Shown here one piece after another: positions 45,356 through 53,177 of a stretch of 64,000 bases of DNA. The stretch spans positions 224,001-288,000 of the forward strand of contig CAVUKA010000006.1 in NCBI GenBank assembly GCA_963741945.1, given 5' to 3'. The notes beneath the pieces were generated by a model. The model saw only the letters and a program-made list of their open reading frames with translations. It searched no databases and was not told the origin of the DNA. The position numbers and the translations under genes are program-made. The stretch's first letter is position 1, and every line of letters starts with the position of its first letter. The stretch is from an uncultured Gemmatimonadales bacterium. GTDB lineage: Bacteria; Gemmatimonadota; Gemmatimonadetes; Longimicrobiales; RSA9.

Positions 45356-46621
45356 ATGATCGCGTTCAATGACCCGTCCACCATCCTGGGCCGCACCCGG
45401 ATCGTGGAGCGCCTGCTCGACTACGTGCGCATCGACACACAGTCGGACGAAACCAGCTCCAGCTGCCCGAGCACCGCGAAGCAGCTGGAGCTTGCGCGCC
45501 GGCTCGTGGACGAGCTGAAGGAGCTGGGGCTCCAGGGCGTGGGCGAGGCCGAGGTCACCGTGGATGGGAACGGCTACGTCCTGGCGGAGCTCCCCGGCAC
45601 CACTCGCGGCCGGGTGGGCCTCTGCGCCCACCTGGACACGGCGCCCGCCTTCACCGGTGCCGGCGTGAGTCCGCAGCTGGTCGAGGGCTACGATGGCGGA
45701 GTCATCGACGTGGGCGGCGGCGTGGTCCTGGACCCGGGCGACACGCCCGAGCTGACGGAGTGCGTCGGCGACACCATCATCACCACCGATGGTCGCACGC
45801 TCCTGGGGGCCGACGACAAGTCCGGGATCGCAGCCATCATGGGCGCGCTGGAGATCCTGGTCCAGGAGCCGGAGATCCCGCGGCCCACGGTGCGCATCTG
45901 CTTCAACCCGGACGAGGAGATCGGCCGGGGCGCCGACCGCTTTCCCCTGGAACGCTTCGACTGCCCGGTGGCGTTCACCGTCGACGGCAGCTTCACGGGG
46001 GAGGTCAACGTCGAGACGTTCTCCGCCGACAAGGCCGTGGTCACCTTCACGGGCGTCGCGGTCCACCCGGGGACGGCACGCGGCAAGATGGTCAACGCGC
46101 TCACCTGGATGGGAAAGCTGCTGGACCGGCTGCCCATGGCTGAGGCGCCTGAAACCACGGACGGGCGGGAAGGCTTCTACCACCCGGTCGCCGCCTCCGG
46201 TGATGCCGCCTCCTGCACGCTGCAGCTCATCCTCCGGGATTTCGACACCGGCGTGCTGGAGGAGCGCGGCCGCAGGCTGGAGCGGATGTGCGCCGGTCTC
46301 ATGGCCGAGGAGCCCCACCTCGACGTGGACGTCGACATCACGAAGCAGTACCGGAACATGTACGACGTGCTGAGCGGCCACCCCGACGTGACCGACAGGC
46401 TCATGGAGGCGGTTCGAGCAGGCGGGATGACTCCGCGGCTCGAGCCCATCCGCGGCGGGACGGACGGCTCCCGGCTGACCGAGCTCGGCATGCCCACGCC
46501 CAACGTCTTCGCGGGGGGCGTGAACTTCCACGGCCCATCGGAGTGGATCTCGACCCGCGTGCTGGCACAGTCGGCGTGCACGATCCTGAACCTCGTGCAG
46601 CTCTTCGCCGAGCAGGATTGA
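45356..46621 (+). CDS. pepT: Peptidase T (M20 tripeptide aminopeptidase)
   Basis: YVRIDTQS, AHLDT, LLGADDKSG, PDEEIG, HPG.A.GKMVNA, PIRGGTDG, NFHG. Confidence 0.95.
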   Translation: MIAFNDPSTILGRTRIVERLLDYVRIDTQSDETSSSCPSTAKQLELARRLVDELKELGLQGVGEAEVTVDGNGYVLAELPGTTRGRVGLCAHLDTAPAFTGAGVSPQLVEGYDGGVIDVGGGVVLDPGDTPELTECVGDTIITTDGRTLLGADDKSGIAAIMGALEILVQEPEIPRPTVRICFNPDEEIGRGADRFPLERFDCPVAFTVDGSFTGEVNVETFSADKAVVTFTGVAVHPGTARGKMVNALTWMGKLLDRLPMAEAPETTDGREGFYHPVAASGDAASCTLQLILRDFDTGVLEERGRRLERMCAGLMAEEPHLDVDVDITKQYRNMYDVLSGHPDVTDRLMEAVRAGGMTPRLEPIRGGTDGSRLTELGMPTPNVFAGGVNFHGPSEWISTRVLAQSACTILNLVQLFAEQD

Positions 46622-46632
46622 CAGCGGCGGCC

Positions 46633-46671
46633 CCGCGCCGCGGTCCTCCCGGGCGGGAGACCGCGGCGCGG
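46633..46671. terminator. Long GC-rich hairpin after pepT
   Basis: CCGCGCCGCGGT-c-CTCCC-GGGC-GGGAG-ACCGCGGCGCGG, 11 nt after the stop; no U-tract. Confidence 0.55.
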
Positions 46672-46733
46672 CGCGGATCTCGCGAGTGGCCCTGCCGTCG
46701 GAATGGCGCCTGTACGGGAGCGGACGCACGGTG

Positions 46734-47990
46734 ATGGCGGGATTTCTGCATTGGCTCGAGAGCTACGGGTACATCGGCGTCGCGGCGGGCGTACTGCTCG
46801 AGAGCATGGGCCTGCCGATCCCGGGGGAGACCGCGCTCCTCGTGGGGGCGTTCGCGGCGGCGAAGGGATCGCTGCAGATCGGGTGGGTGATCGTGGTGGC
46901 CGCCGCAGCAGGGATCCTCGGCGACAACCTCGGCTACCTGCTCGGTCGAAGGCTCGGACGCGGCTGGATCCGCGAACACGGCCAACGCTTCTTCTTCCCC
47001 AGCGAGCGGCTCCGGAAGATGGAGCGCTTCTTCGACCGCTTCGGTGCGGCCGCGGTTGCGCTCGCCCGCTTCGTCACCGGCGTTCGCGTCGTCGCCGCGT
47101 TCGCCGCGGGCGTGAGCCGGCTCGCTTGGGGGAAGTTCCTGGCCTTCAACATCCTCGGGGCCGTTGTCTGGGCGGCGACGATCGGCGGGCTCGGCTATGC
47201 TGCCGGCCGGGGCTCCTCGGCGCTGGGGGTCCAGCCGTGGATGTTCGGTGCCGTCATCGTCGGCGTCATAGCCCTCGTGGCGGCAGCCGCGTACCTGCGA
47301 CGCCGCGCGGGCGAGCCGCTGACGCGGTGGGTCAGGGAGAGCTGGCTGGGCCGGCTGCTGTGGCGCGAGGCATGGGTTCTCGCGCTCAGCGTGTCGGGGC
47401 TGGTGCTCTTCGCCAAGGTCGCGGAGGACGTGACGCAAGCGGAGTCCGGGGCTTTCGACGCCGCGATCCGCCATTGGATGCTGACCCACCCGTATGCGCC
47501 GGCGAGGACGATCCTCGGGGGGCTGAGCTGGCTCGGCGCCCCGGTCGTCGCCCTGCCGGCAACCCTCGCCGTCGCGCTCTGGCTCTGGTGGCGACGGCGT
47601 GCCCTGGCACCCGCCGTGGTCCTGATCGCCGCCCTGTTGGGCTCCGCGCTCTTCCTCGGACTGAAAGCCGCCTTCCACGGCAGCTATCCGGCCACCGTCC
47701 CGCTGGGCCCGACGCCGCATTACAGCTTCCCGAACGGCCATGCCACCGTGATCACGGCCGTGGCCGCCACGACGGCCTACATCCTCGTACGCTCCGGACG
47801 GCTCGGGTGGGGCGTGGCGCTCGCCGCGTCGCTGCCGGTGATCCTGGTGGTGGGGATGGCGCGCGTGTACCTGGACCTGGCACACGCCACCGACGTCATC
47901 GGCGGGTGGGCCGTGGGACTGTTCGTTTCCGCCATCGCCGGAACAGCATACGAGACGCTGAGGGACTACCGGCGCAGTCCGCCGCCCTGA
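46734..47990 (+). CDS. DedA + PAP2-like bifunctional membrane protein
   Basis: ESMGLPIPGE, GDNLGY.LGR, ARFV.G.R, FNILGA; C-terminal YSFPNGHA and RVYL...H.TDVIGG. Confidence 0.88.
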   Translation: MAGFLHWLESYGYIGVAAGVLLESMGLPIPGETALLVGAFAAAKGSLQIGWVIVVAAAAGILGDNLGYLLGRRLGRGWIREHGQRFFFPSERLRKMERFFDRFGAAAVALARFVTGVRVVAAFAAGVSRLAWGKFLAFNILGAVVWAATIGGLGYAAGRGSSALGVQPWMFGAVIVGVIALVAAAAYLRRRAGEPLTRWVRESWLGRLLWREAWVLALSVSGLVLFAKVAEDVTQAESGAFDAAIRHWMLTHPYAPARTILGGLSWLGAPVVALPATLAVALWLWWRRRALAPAVVLIAALLGSALFLGLKAAFHGSYPATVPLGPTPHYSFPNGHATVITAVAATTAYILVRSGRLGWGVALAASLPVILVVGMARVYLDLAHATDVIGGWAVGLFVSAIAGTAYETLRDYRRSPPP

Positions 47991-48072
47991 CCTGGAGCCC
48001 CCGGCGCGCCTTGCGCGGTCGGCTCCACCGCCCCTGACGCGGACACGGTGAACGAGGTGTCGGACGGGCGCG

Positions 48073-49941
48073 TCAGTCGGTCGGGCGACCCCTGGCCGCG
48101 GCTCGCTCCCGGTACGCCGTGTTCCCGTTCGGCAGTCCGAGCCTATCCAGGATCGCCGCGAATCGCGGCTCCTCCCGCATTCCGTCGTACTCGCCCAGCA
48201 CGGCCGCCAGGCCGATCCATGGGTTCCGGTCGGCGGCGCCGGCTTCGACGACACGGATGGCGTCCTCGGTGGACCCGGCCCAGCTGTAGAGGGCGGCCAC
48301 GAAGTAGAGGCCGGGGCCGGTCTTCCGCTCCAGGTCGCGCACAGCGTCGATCGCGGCGGGCGAGGGATCGGTCCCGGGATACGCCCGCGCCACGTCCCGC
48401 AGTGCGCTCTCCGGTGCGGCCTGCCCGTGCGCGAGCGCCTCGAGGCTGGCCGCCGCCGCGCGGCGTTGACCGAGCCGGAACAGGAGCCCCGCTTCCATGA
48501 GCCGTGCCAGCGTGATGTCCGGCTCGAGCACCAGCGTTCGCCGGACCTGCGCCAGCGCCTCCTCGTCCCGACCGAGGCCCGCGAGAGGCAGGGCGAGCAG
48601 CAGGTTGGCGACCGCGCCAAGCGGGTTCAGCTCGACCGCCCGACGGCAGGCGGAAAGCGCTTCGGCGTCCCGCCCCTCGATCGCACGGGTCTCGCACAGC
48701 CAGGCGTACGCCGGCTCGTAGTTCGGATTCAGCTCTATCGCGCGCAGGAGGTAGCGCTCACCCTCCGCGAAATCGAACTCGTACTCCGTCGCGATGATGC
48801 CGCGCGCCGCGCGCGCCTCGGCCAGGTCGGGAGCCAGCCCGAGCGCCCGCTCTGCGGCGTTCAGGGCCTCCGGGTAGGCGACCCTGCCCGTCACGGTACG
48901 GTCGTAGAAGGGGAGGACGCCCCATGCGTCGGCGAGGCCGGCCCAGGCGAGGGCGAAGGTCGAGTCGCGAGCGATGGCCTGCTCGTAAAAGTCGATCGCC
49001 TCGCGCAGGGAGCGCGCGTTGCGCGTCGCCCACTCGTGGCGCCCGCGCAGGTAGAGGTCGTACGCGGCGAGGTCGAGCGTCCGCCGCTCCGCCTGGAGGT
49101 TGGCGGCCCCCGGTCGCAGCTCCCGGGTCAGTGCCCCCGCGATCTGGGCCGTGAGCTCGTCCTGGATCGCGAACACGTTGGCGGCGGTCAGCTCCCGTTC
49201 CAGGACCTCCGACCAGATCTGAAAGCCGTCGCTGGTGCGGCTGAGCTGCACGGCGATGCGAATCGTACCGCTCGACCGGCGAACGCTGCCTTCGACGATT
49301 GCCCCGACGCCGAGATCCTGTCCGATACTGCGGGCGTCCACGTCGCGCCCCTTGAACGCGAGCGAGGAAGTGCGTGCCGCGACCCGCAGACCGTCGACCT
49401 GTGAGAGGGCGTTGCTGAGCTCCTCGGAAAGGCCGTCGCTGAACGACTGGTCCTCCACGTCGTCGATGCTGGTGAAGGGGAGCACGGCCACGAAGCCGAT
49501 CGGAAGCGACTCGGCCGGGACCCGCGCGGCGGCCGCCGTGCCGGGCGCCACACCCCGGTCTTCGCCCACACGGATGCCGGCCCACCAGGTGCCGCTCATG
49601 AGCAGGACGACGCCGGACAGTCCGAGCAACCCGGCCGCCCAGCGCTTCGAGCGCGGCTGGGCCAGGATGGCATCGAGCTCATCGTTGCGCGCGTGACCGG
49701 TCCGCTCCACGCCGTGCGTGGTGAGGTCGAAGGTCCAGGCCACGAACACGGCGAACGGAAAGGCCGCCAGGCAGAGCACGATGAGCCAGGTCACGGCGCT
49801 CTCCGGCAGGCCCAGCGCGGGGAACACGATGTCGGCGAGCTGCAGGAGGGCGAACGCGCCGGCGCCGTAGATCGCCATGGCCCGGAAGACTTTCCGGCGC
49901 TTGAAGTCGGCGAGGAGACGCGGCCAGAATCGGGGCGTCAT
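48073..49941 (-). CDS. Membrane-anchored TolB-N-like + TPR protein
   Basis: FKRRKVFR..Y, 3 TM helices; VAVLPF, FSDGLSEEL, LRVAARTSS..FKG, EGSVRR; TPRs (AYDLYLRGR, AIELNPN). Confidence 0.88.
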   Translation of the reverse strand: MTPRFWPRLLADFKRRKVFRAMAIYGAGAFALLQLADIVFPALGLPESAVTWLIVLCLAAFPFAVFVAWTFDLTTHGVERTGHARNDELDAILAQPRSKRWAAGLLGLSGVVLLMSGTWWAGIRVGEDRGVAPGTAAAARVPAESLPIGFVAVLPFTSIDDVEDQSFSDGLSEELSNALSQVDGLRVAARTSSLAFKGRDVDARSIGQDLGVGAIVEGSVRRSSGTIRIAVQLSRTSDGFQIWSEVLERELTAANVFAIQDELTAQIAGALTRELRPGAANLQAERRTLDLAAYDLYLRGRHEWATRNARSLREAIDFYEQAIARDSTFALAWAGLADAWGVLPFYDRTVTGRVAYPEALNAAERALGLAPDLAEARAARGIIATEYEFDFAEGERYLLRAIELNPNYEPAYAWLCETRAIEGRDAEALSACRRAVELNPLGAVANLLLALPLAGLGRDEEALAQVRRTLVLEPDITLARLMEAGLLFRLGQRRAAAASLEALAHGQAAPESALRDVARAYPGTDPSPAAIDAVRDLERKTGPGLYFVAALYSWAGSTEDAIRVVEAGAADRNPWIGLAAVLGEYDGMREEPRFAAILDRLGLPNGNTAYRERAAARGRPTD

Positions 49942-50122
49942 CCTCGGGCGCGCTCCAACCCGCCCGTAATTCCGACCATTGCCATGGAAACCGGCTCCAG
50001 TACTATCGAGAGACCCGAACCACGACAGGCGTTCGACGGATTGGGATGCGTGCTACACCGGGACCCGTGGGACGGTCCCGGGCACATGGCGCGGAGCGCG
50101 GTCCGCCCCACCCGGTCGTGCT

Positions 50123-50147
50123 CCGGCCGCGCTCCCCGCGCGGCCGG
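50123..50147 (-). terminator. 10-bp hairpin just downstream of the 50152 stop
   Basis: CCGGCCGCGC-TCCCC-GCGCGGCCGG; a second 8-bp stem at 50058-50081; no U-tract. Confidence 0.5.
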
Positions 50148-50151
50148 GCCG

Positions 50152-50436
50152 CTACGCCGGGGTCTCCGGACGGTCCGCCACGGCCGGGGGTGGCGCCTCC
50201 GGTGCCTGCATGCGCGCGGCGAGGAGCTGCCGATTGTGCTCTTCGATGGCGCGCTGCGTCCGACTCCTGAGCCCGTGCGGCGCGAGCCGGCCACATTGTC
50301 CGCTGCCCTCGCGGTCCGGGACACAAAGTCCGTAACACCAGGATGTCCGATTCCGGGTGAGCGGGCAGCCGCGCGTGTATTCTCTCACGCCCTTGCGGGC
50401 TCGGACCTTACGAACCGAGTTCTTTCCGTCTCGCAA
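50152..50436 (-). CDS. Small basic 4-Cys hypothetical protein (94 aa, TTG start)
   Basis: GCPLTRNRTSWCYGLCVPD..G.GQCGRLAPH; fills an otherwise 690-bp gap; hairpin 4 nt after stop; TGG-TACGTT extended -10-like upstream. Confidence 0.55.
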   Translation of the reverse strand: MRDGKNSVRKVRARKGVREYTRGCPLTRNRTSWCYGLCVPDREGSGQCGRLAPHGLRSRTQRAIEEHNRQLLAARMQAPEAPPPAVADRPETPA

Positions 50437-50632
50437 CAGTCACCGTCCGGGGCAGGAGTCGACGCGGCGGGCCCTCCCCGTCACGCCGCCGCGCGCACGC
50501 ATCAACGTACCATGTGCCGCGCGGGCGAAACAGCATCTCGTTCGCCTCCGAAGCCGGGTGGGGCCACTGGCGGATTCTGCGGGCCGCGGGGGCATTGTCG
50601 TCGCAGCCCGCCCATGCTACGCTTGCCGGACC

Positions 50633-51601
50633 ATGCGCACCGATGAGCTTCGGCTGCCCGCCACCGACGGCAAGCAGATCTTCGTCTACCGCTGGGCCCC
50701 GGAGGACGACGATCCGGCCCGTGGCTCGGTCCAGATCGCGCACGGCATGGCCGAGCACGCCGGCCGCTACGCTCGGGTGGCGGAGCGGCTGACCGCGGCC
50801 GGGTACGTGGTCTGGGCGAATGACCTCCGGGGGCACGGTCGCACGGCCGCCTCTCCGGCGGAGCTCGGCTCGCTCGGAGACCACGACGGCTGGACGTTGA
50901 CGCTGCACGACCTGGCCACACTCGACGAGCACGTCAGGACGGAGCTGCCCGGCGTGCCTCGCTGCCTCCTCGGGCACAGCATGGGCTCCTTCCTGGCCCA
51001 GGCGGACATGGCCCGCCGGCCCGGCGCCTACCACGCCGTGGTGCTCAGCGGCTCAAACGCCGGCGGGGGCGCCCTCGTCACGGCCGGCCGCCTGATCGCG
51101 CGGCTCGAGCGCGTGCGCCTGGGGCGCCGCGGGCACAGCCCTCTGCTGAGGGGCATGACCTTCGACAGCTGGAACAAGGCCTTCAGGCCCAACCGCACCG
51201 GGTTCGACTGGCTGTCGCGTGACGAGGCGGAGGTCGACGCGTACGTGCGCGACCCGTTGTGCGGCATCCCGATCGCGACACAGATGTGGATCGACCTGCT
51301 CGATGCGCTCAGCCGGCTGGGGCGCAGCGAGACGTACGCGCACATCCCGCGCGATCTCCCGATCCTCGTCATCGCCGGAACGCGTGATCCCGTCGGCGAC
51401 TTCACCAGGGGCCTCGAGCGCCTGCTGCGCGCCTACGGCCGCGTCGGGCTCACGCGCGTCGCCCACCGCTTCTATCCGGGGGCGCGCCACGAGCTGTTCC
51501 ACGAGACCAACCGCGACGAGGTGCTCACCGACCTGGTGGAGTGGCTCGACACCTCGCTGGCCAGCCCGGGCGGCACTCCGGGGTGCATCTTCGGAGCATG
51601 A
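50633..51601 (+). CDS. Alpha/beta hydrolase (lysophospholipase / monoacylglycerol lipase-like)
   Basis: HGMAEH..RY, DLRGHG, GHSMG, DWLSRD, G.RDPV, RHEL. Confidence 0.92.
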   Translation: MRTDELRLPATDGKQIFVYRWAPEDDDPARGSVQIAHGMAEHAGRYARVAERLTAAGYVVWANDLRGHGRTAASPAELGSLGDHDGWTLTLHDLATLDEHVRTELPGVPRCLLGHSMGSFLAQADMARRPGAYHAVVLSGSNAGGGALVTAGRLIARLERVRLGRRGHSPLLRGMTFDSWNKAFRPNRTGFDWLSRDEAEVDAYVRDPLCGIPIATQMWIDLLDALSRLGRSETYAHIPRDLPILVIAGTRDPVGDFTRGLERLLRAYGRVGLTRVAHRFYPGARHELFHETNRDEVLTDLVEWLDTSLASPGGTPGCIFGA

Positions 51602-53112
51602 ACGACGCGTCACCCCAGGGCCGCACGCCGGACGCGGCGGGCCAAGCGCCGTGCGCGGGCGGGATCGTGCTCCTCACGGGCGCCACCGGCTATGTCGGCG
51701 GGCGGCTGCTCGCCCCGCTGCTCGAGCGGGGCAACCGGATTCGCGCCCTGTCGCGGCGGCCGGACGAGCTCCGGGCGCGCCTGGACCGGGACGTGGAGGT
51801 GGTGGGCGGCGACGTCCTCGACCCGGACTCCCTGGGCGCGGCGCTGGACGGTGTGGAAGCCGCGTACTACCTGGTCCACTCGATGGGCTCCGCCGGCGGC
51901 TTCCGGGAGGAGGACCGGGAGGCGGCGACGAACTTCGCCGCGGCCGCGTCGGCTGCGGGCGTGCGTCGCGTGATCTACCTGGGCGGGCTGGGTCGCGACA
52001 CCGACCTCTCGCCGCACCTGGCGAGCCGGCAGGAAGTCGGCCGGATCCTGCGCGAGCAGGGACCACCGACCATCGAGCTGCGGGCGTCCGTGATCCTCGG
52101 ATCGGGCAGCCTCTCGTTCGAGATGATCCGCGCGCTCGTGGAGCGCCTCCCCGTGCTGGTGACACCGCGCTGGGTGAATCGTCGGGCGCAGCCCATCGCC
52201 GTGGAGGACGTGATCGCCTACCTCCTGGCGTCGCTCGACGTCCCGCTGGACGGCTCCGAGGTGGTGGAGATCGGCGGCGCCGAACGGATCTCCTACCGCG
52301 GACTCATGGAGGAGTACGCGCGACAGCGGGGGCTGCGGCGCGTGTTCCTGCCGGTGCCGGTGCTCACCCCCCGGCTGTCGTCGCTCTGGCTCGGGCTGGT
52401 CACGCCGATCTACGCCCGCGTCGGACGGAAACTCATCGACAGCGTGCGCTACGACACGGTCGTGGAGTCGCCCCGCGCCCGCGAGCTCTTCCCGGAGATT
52501 CACCCCAGGGGCGTGGCCGACGCCATTGCCCGCTCACTGGCCCGGGAGGACTACGACTTCGCCCGCACCCGCTGGTCCGACGCCCGCTCCGCCGCGGGCG
52601 ACCCGCAGCCGTTCGGCGGCGAGCGCCTCGGCTCGCGTCTCGTCGACACCCGCGAAGCCGCCGTCGCCGTGCCGCCGGCACGGGCGTTCGAGCCCGTGCG
52701 CCGCGTCGGCGGCGGGACCGGCTGGTACTTCGGCGACGCGCTCTGGCGGCTTCGCGGATTCCTCGACCTGCTGGTGGGCGGCCCCGGCCTCCGCCGAGGA
52801 CGCCGCGACCCCGCCACCCCGCTCCCCGGTGATGCCATCGACTTCTGGCGCGTGGAAGCGTACGAGCCCGACCGGCTGCTGCGGCTCCGTGCCGAGATGC
52901 GCCTGCCGGGCCGCGCCTGGCTCCAGTTCGAGGTGGACGATGACGGCCGCGGCAACGCCCGCATCCGCCAGACCGCTCTCTTCGAGCCCGCCGGACTGGC
53001 GGGCCTCGCCTACTGGTACGCGCTCTGGCCGGTCCACTCGCTCGTGTTCGGCCGCATGCTGCGCGGCATCGCGGCCGCGGCCGGCGAGGAGGCGAGCGCC
53101 GGCGGACGGTAG
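51598..53112 (+). CDS. Atypical SDR family oxidoreductase with DUF2867 (YbjT-like)
   Basis: ATGA overlap; TGATGYVG, YYLVHSM, SPHLASR, SLSFEM; C-terminal GG..GWY, DFWRVE, AEMRLPG.AWL, G.AYWY. Confidence 0.92.
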   Translation: MNDASPQGRTPDAAGQAPCAGGIVLLTGATGYVGGRLLAPLLERGNRIRALSRRPDELRARLDRDVEVVGGDVLDPDSLGAALDGVEAAYYLVHSMGSAGGFREEDREAATNFAAAASAAGVRRVIYLGGLGRDTDLSPHLASRQEVGRILREQGPPTIELRASVILGSGSLSFEMIRALVERLPVLVTPRWVNRRAQPIAVEDVIAYLLASLDVPLDGSEVVEIGGAERISYRGLMEEYARQRGLRRVFLPVPVLTPRLSSLWLGLVTPIYARVGRKLIDSVRYDTVVESPRARELFPEIHPRGVADAIARSLAREDYDFARTRWSDARSAAGDPQPFGGERLGSRLVDTREAAVAVPPARAFEPVRRVGGGTGWYFGDALWRLRGFLDLLVGGPGLRRGRRDPATPLPGDAIDFWRVEAYEPDRLLRLRAEMRLPGRAWLQFEVDDDGRGNARIRQTALFEPAGLAGLAYWYALWPVHSLVFGRMLRGIAAAAGEEASAGGR

Positions 53113-53177
53113 AGAACCCAGACGCTCACGGCAACTTCGATCGACGAGGCCGGGTGGCCGGCACACCGGTCTTCCAC

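Noticed and set aside
50370-50420. tRNA-Leu-like variable arm (GCCCGCAAGGGCGTGAG, minus strand)
   Set aside because: No TTCGA T-loop, D-arm or acceptor stem around it.
50440-50502. Possible second selenoprotein: in-frame upstream ATG...SCPGR-TGA reading into the 4-Cys ORF
   Set aside because: Not a CxxU motif; the upstream peptide is Arg/Gly low-complexity; its ATG lies 1 nt from a likely -10 element and has no SD.
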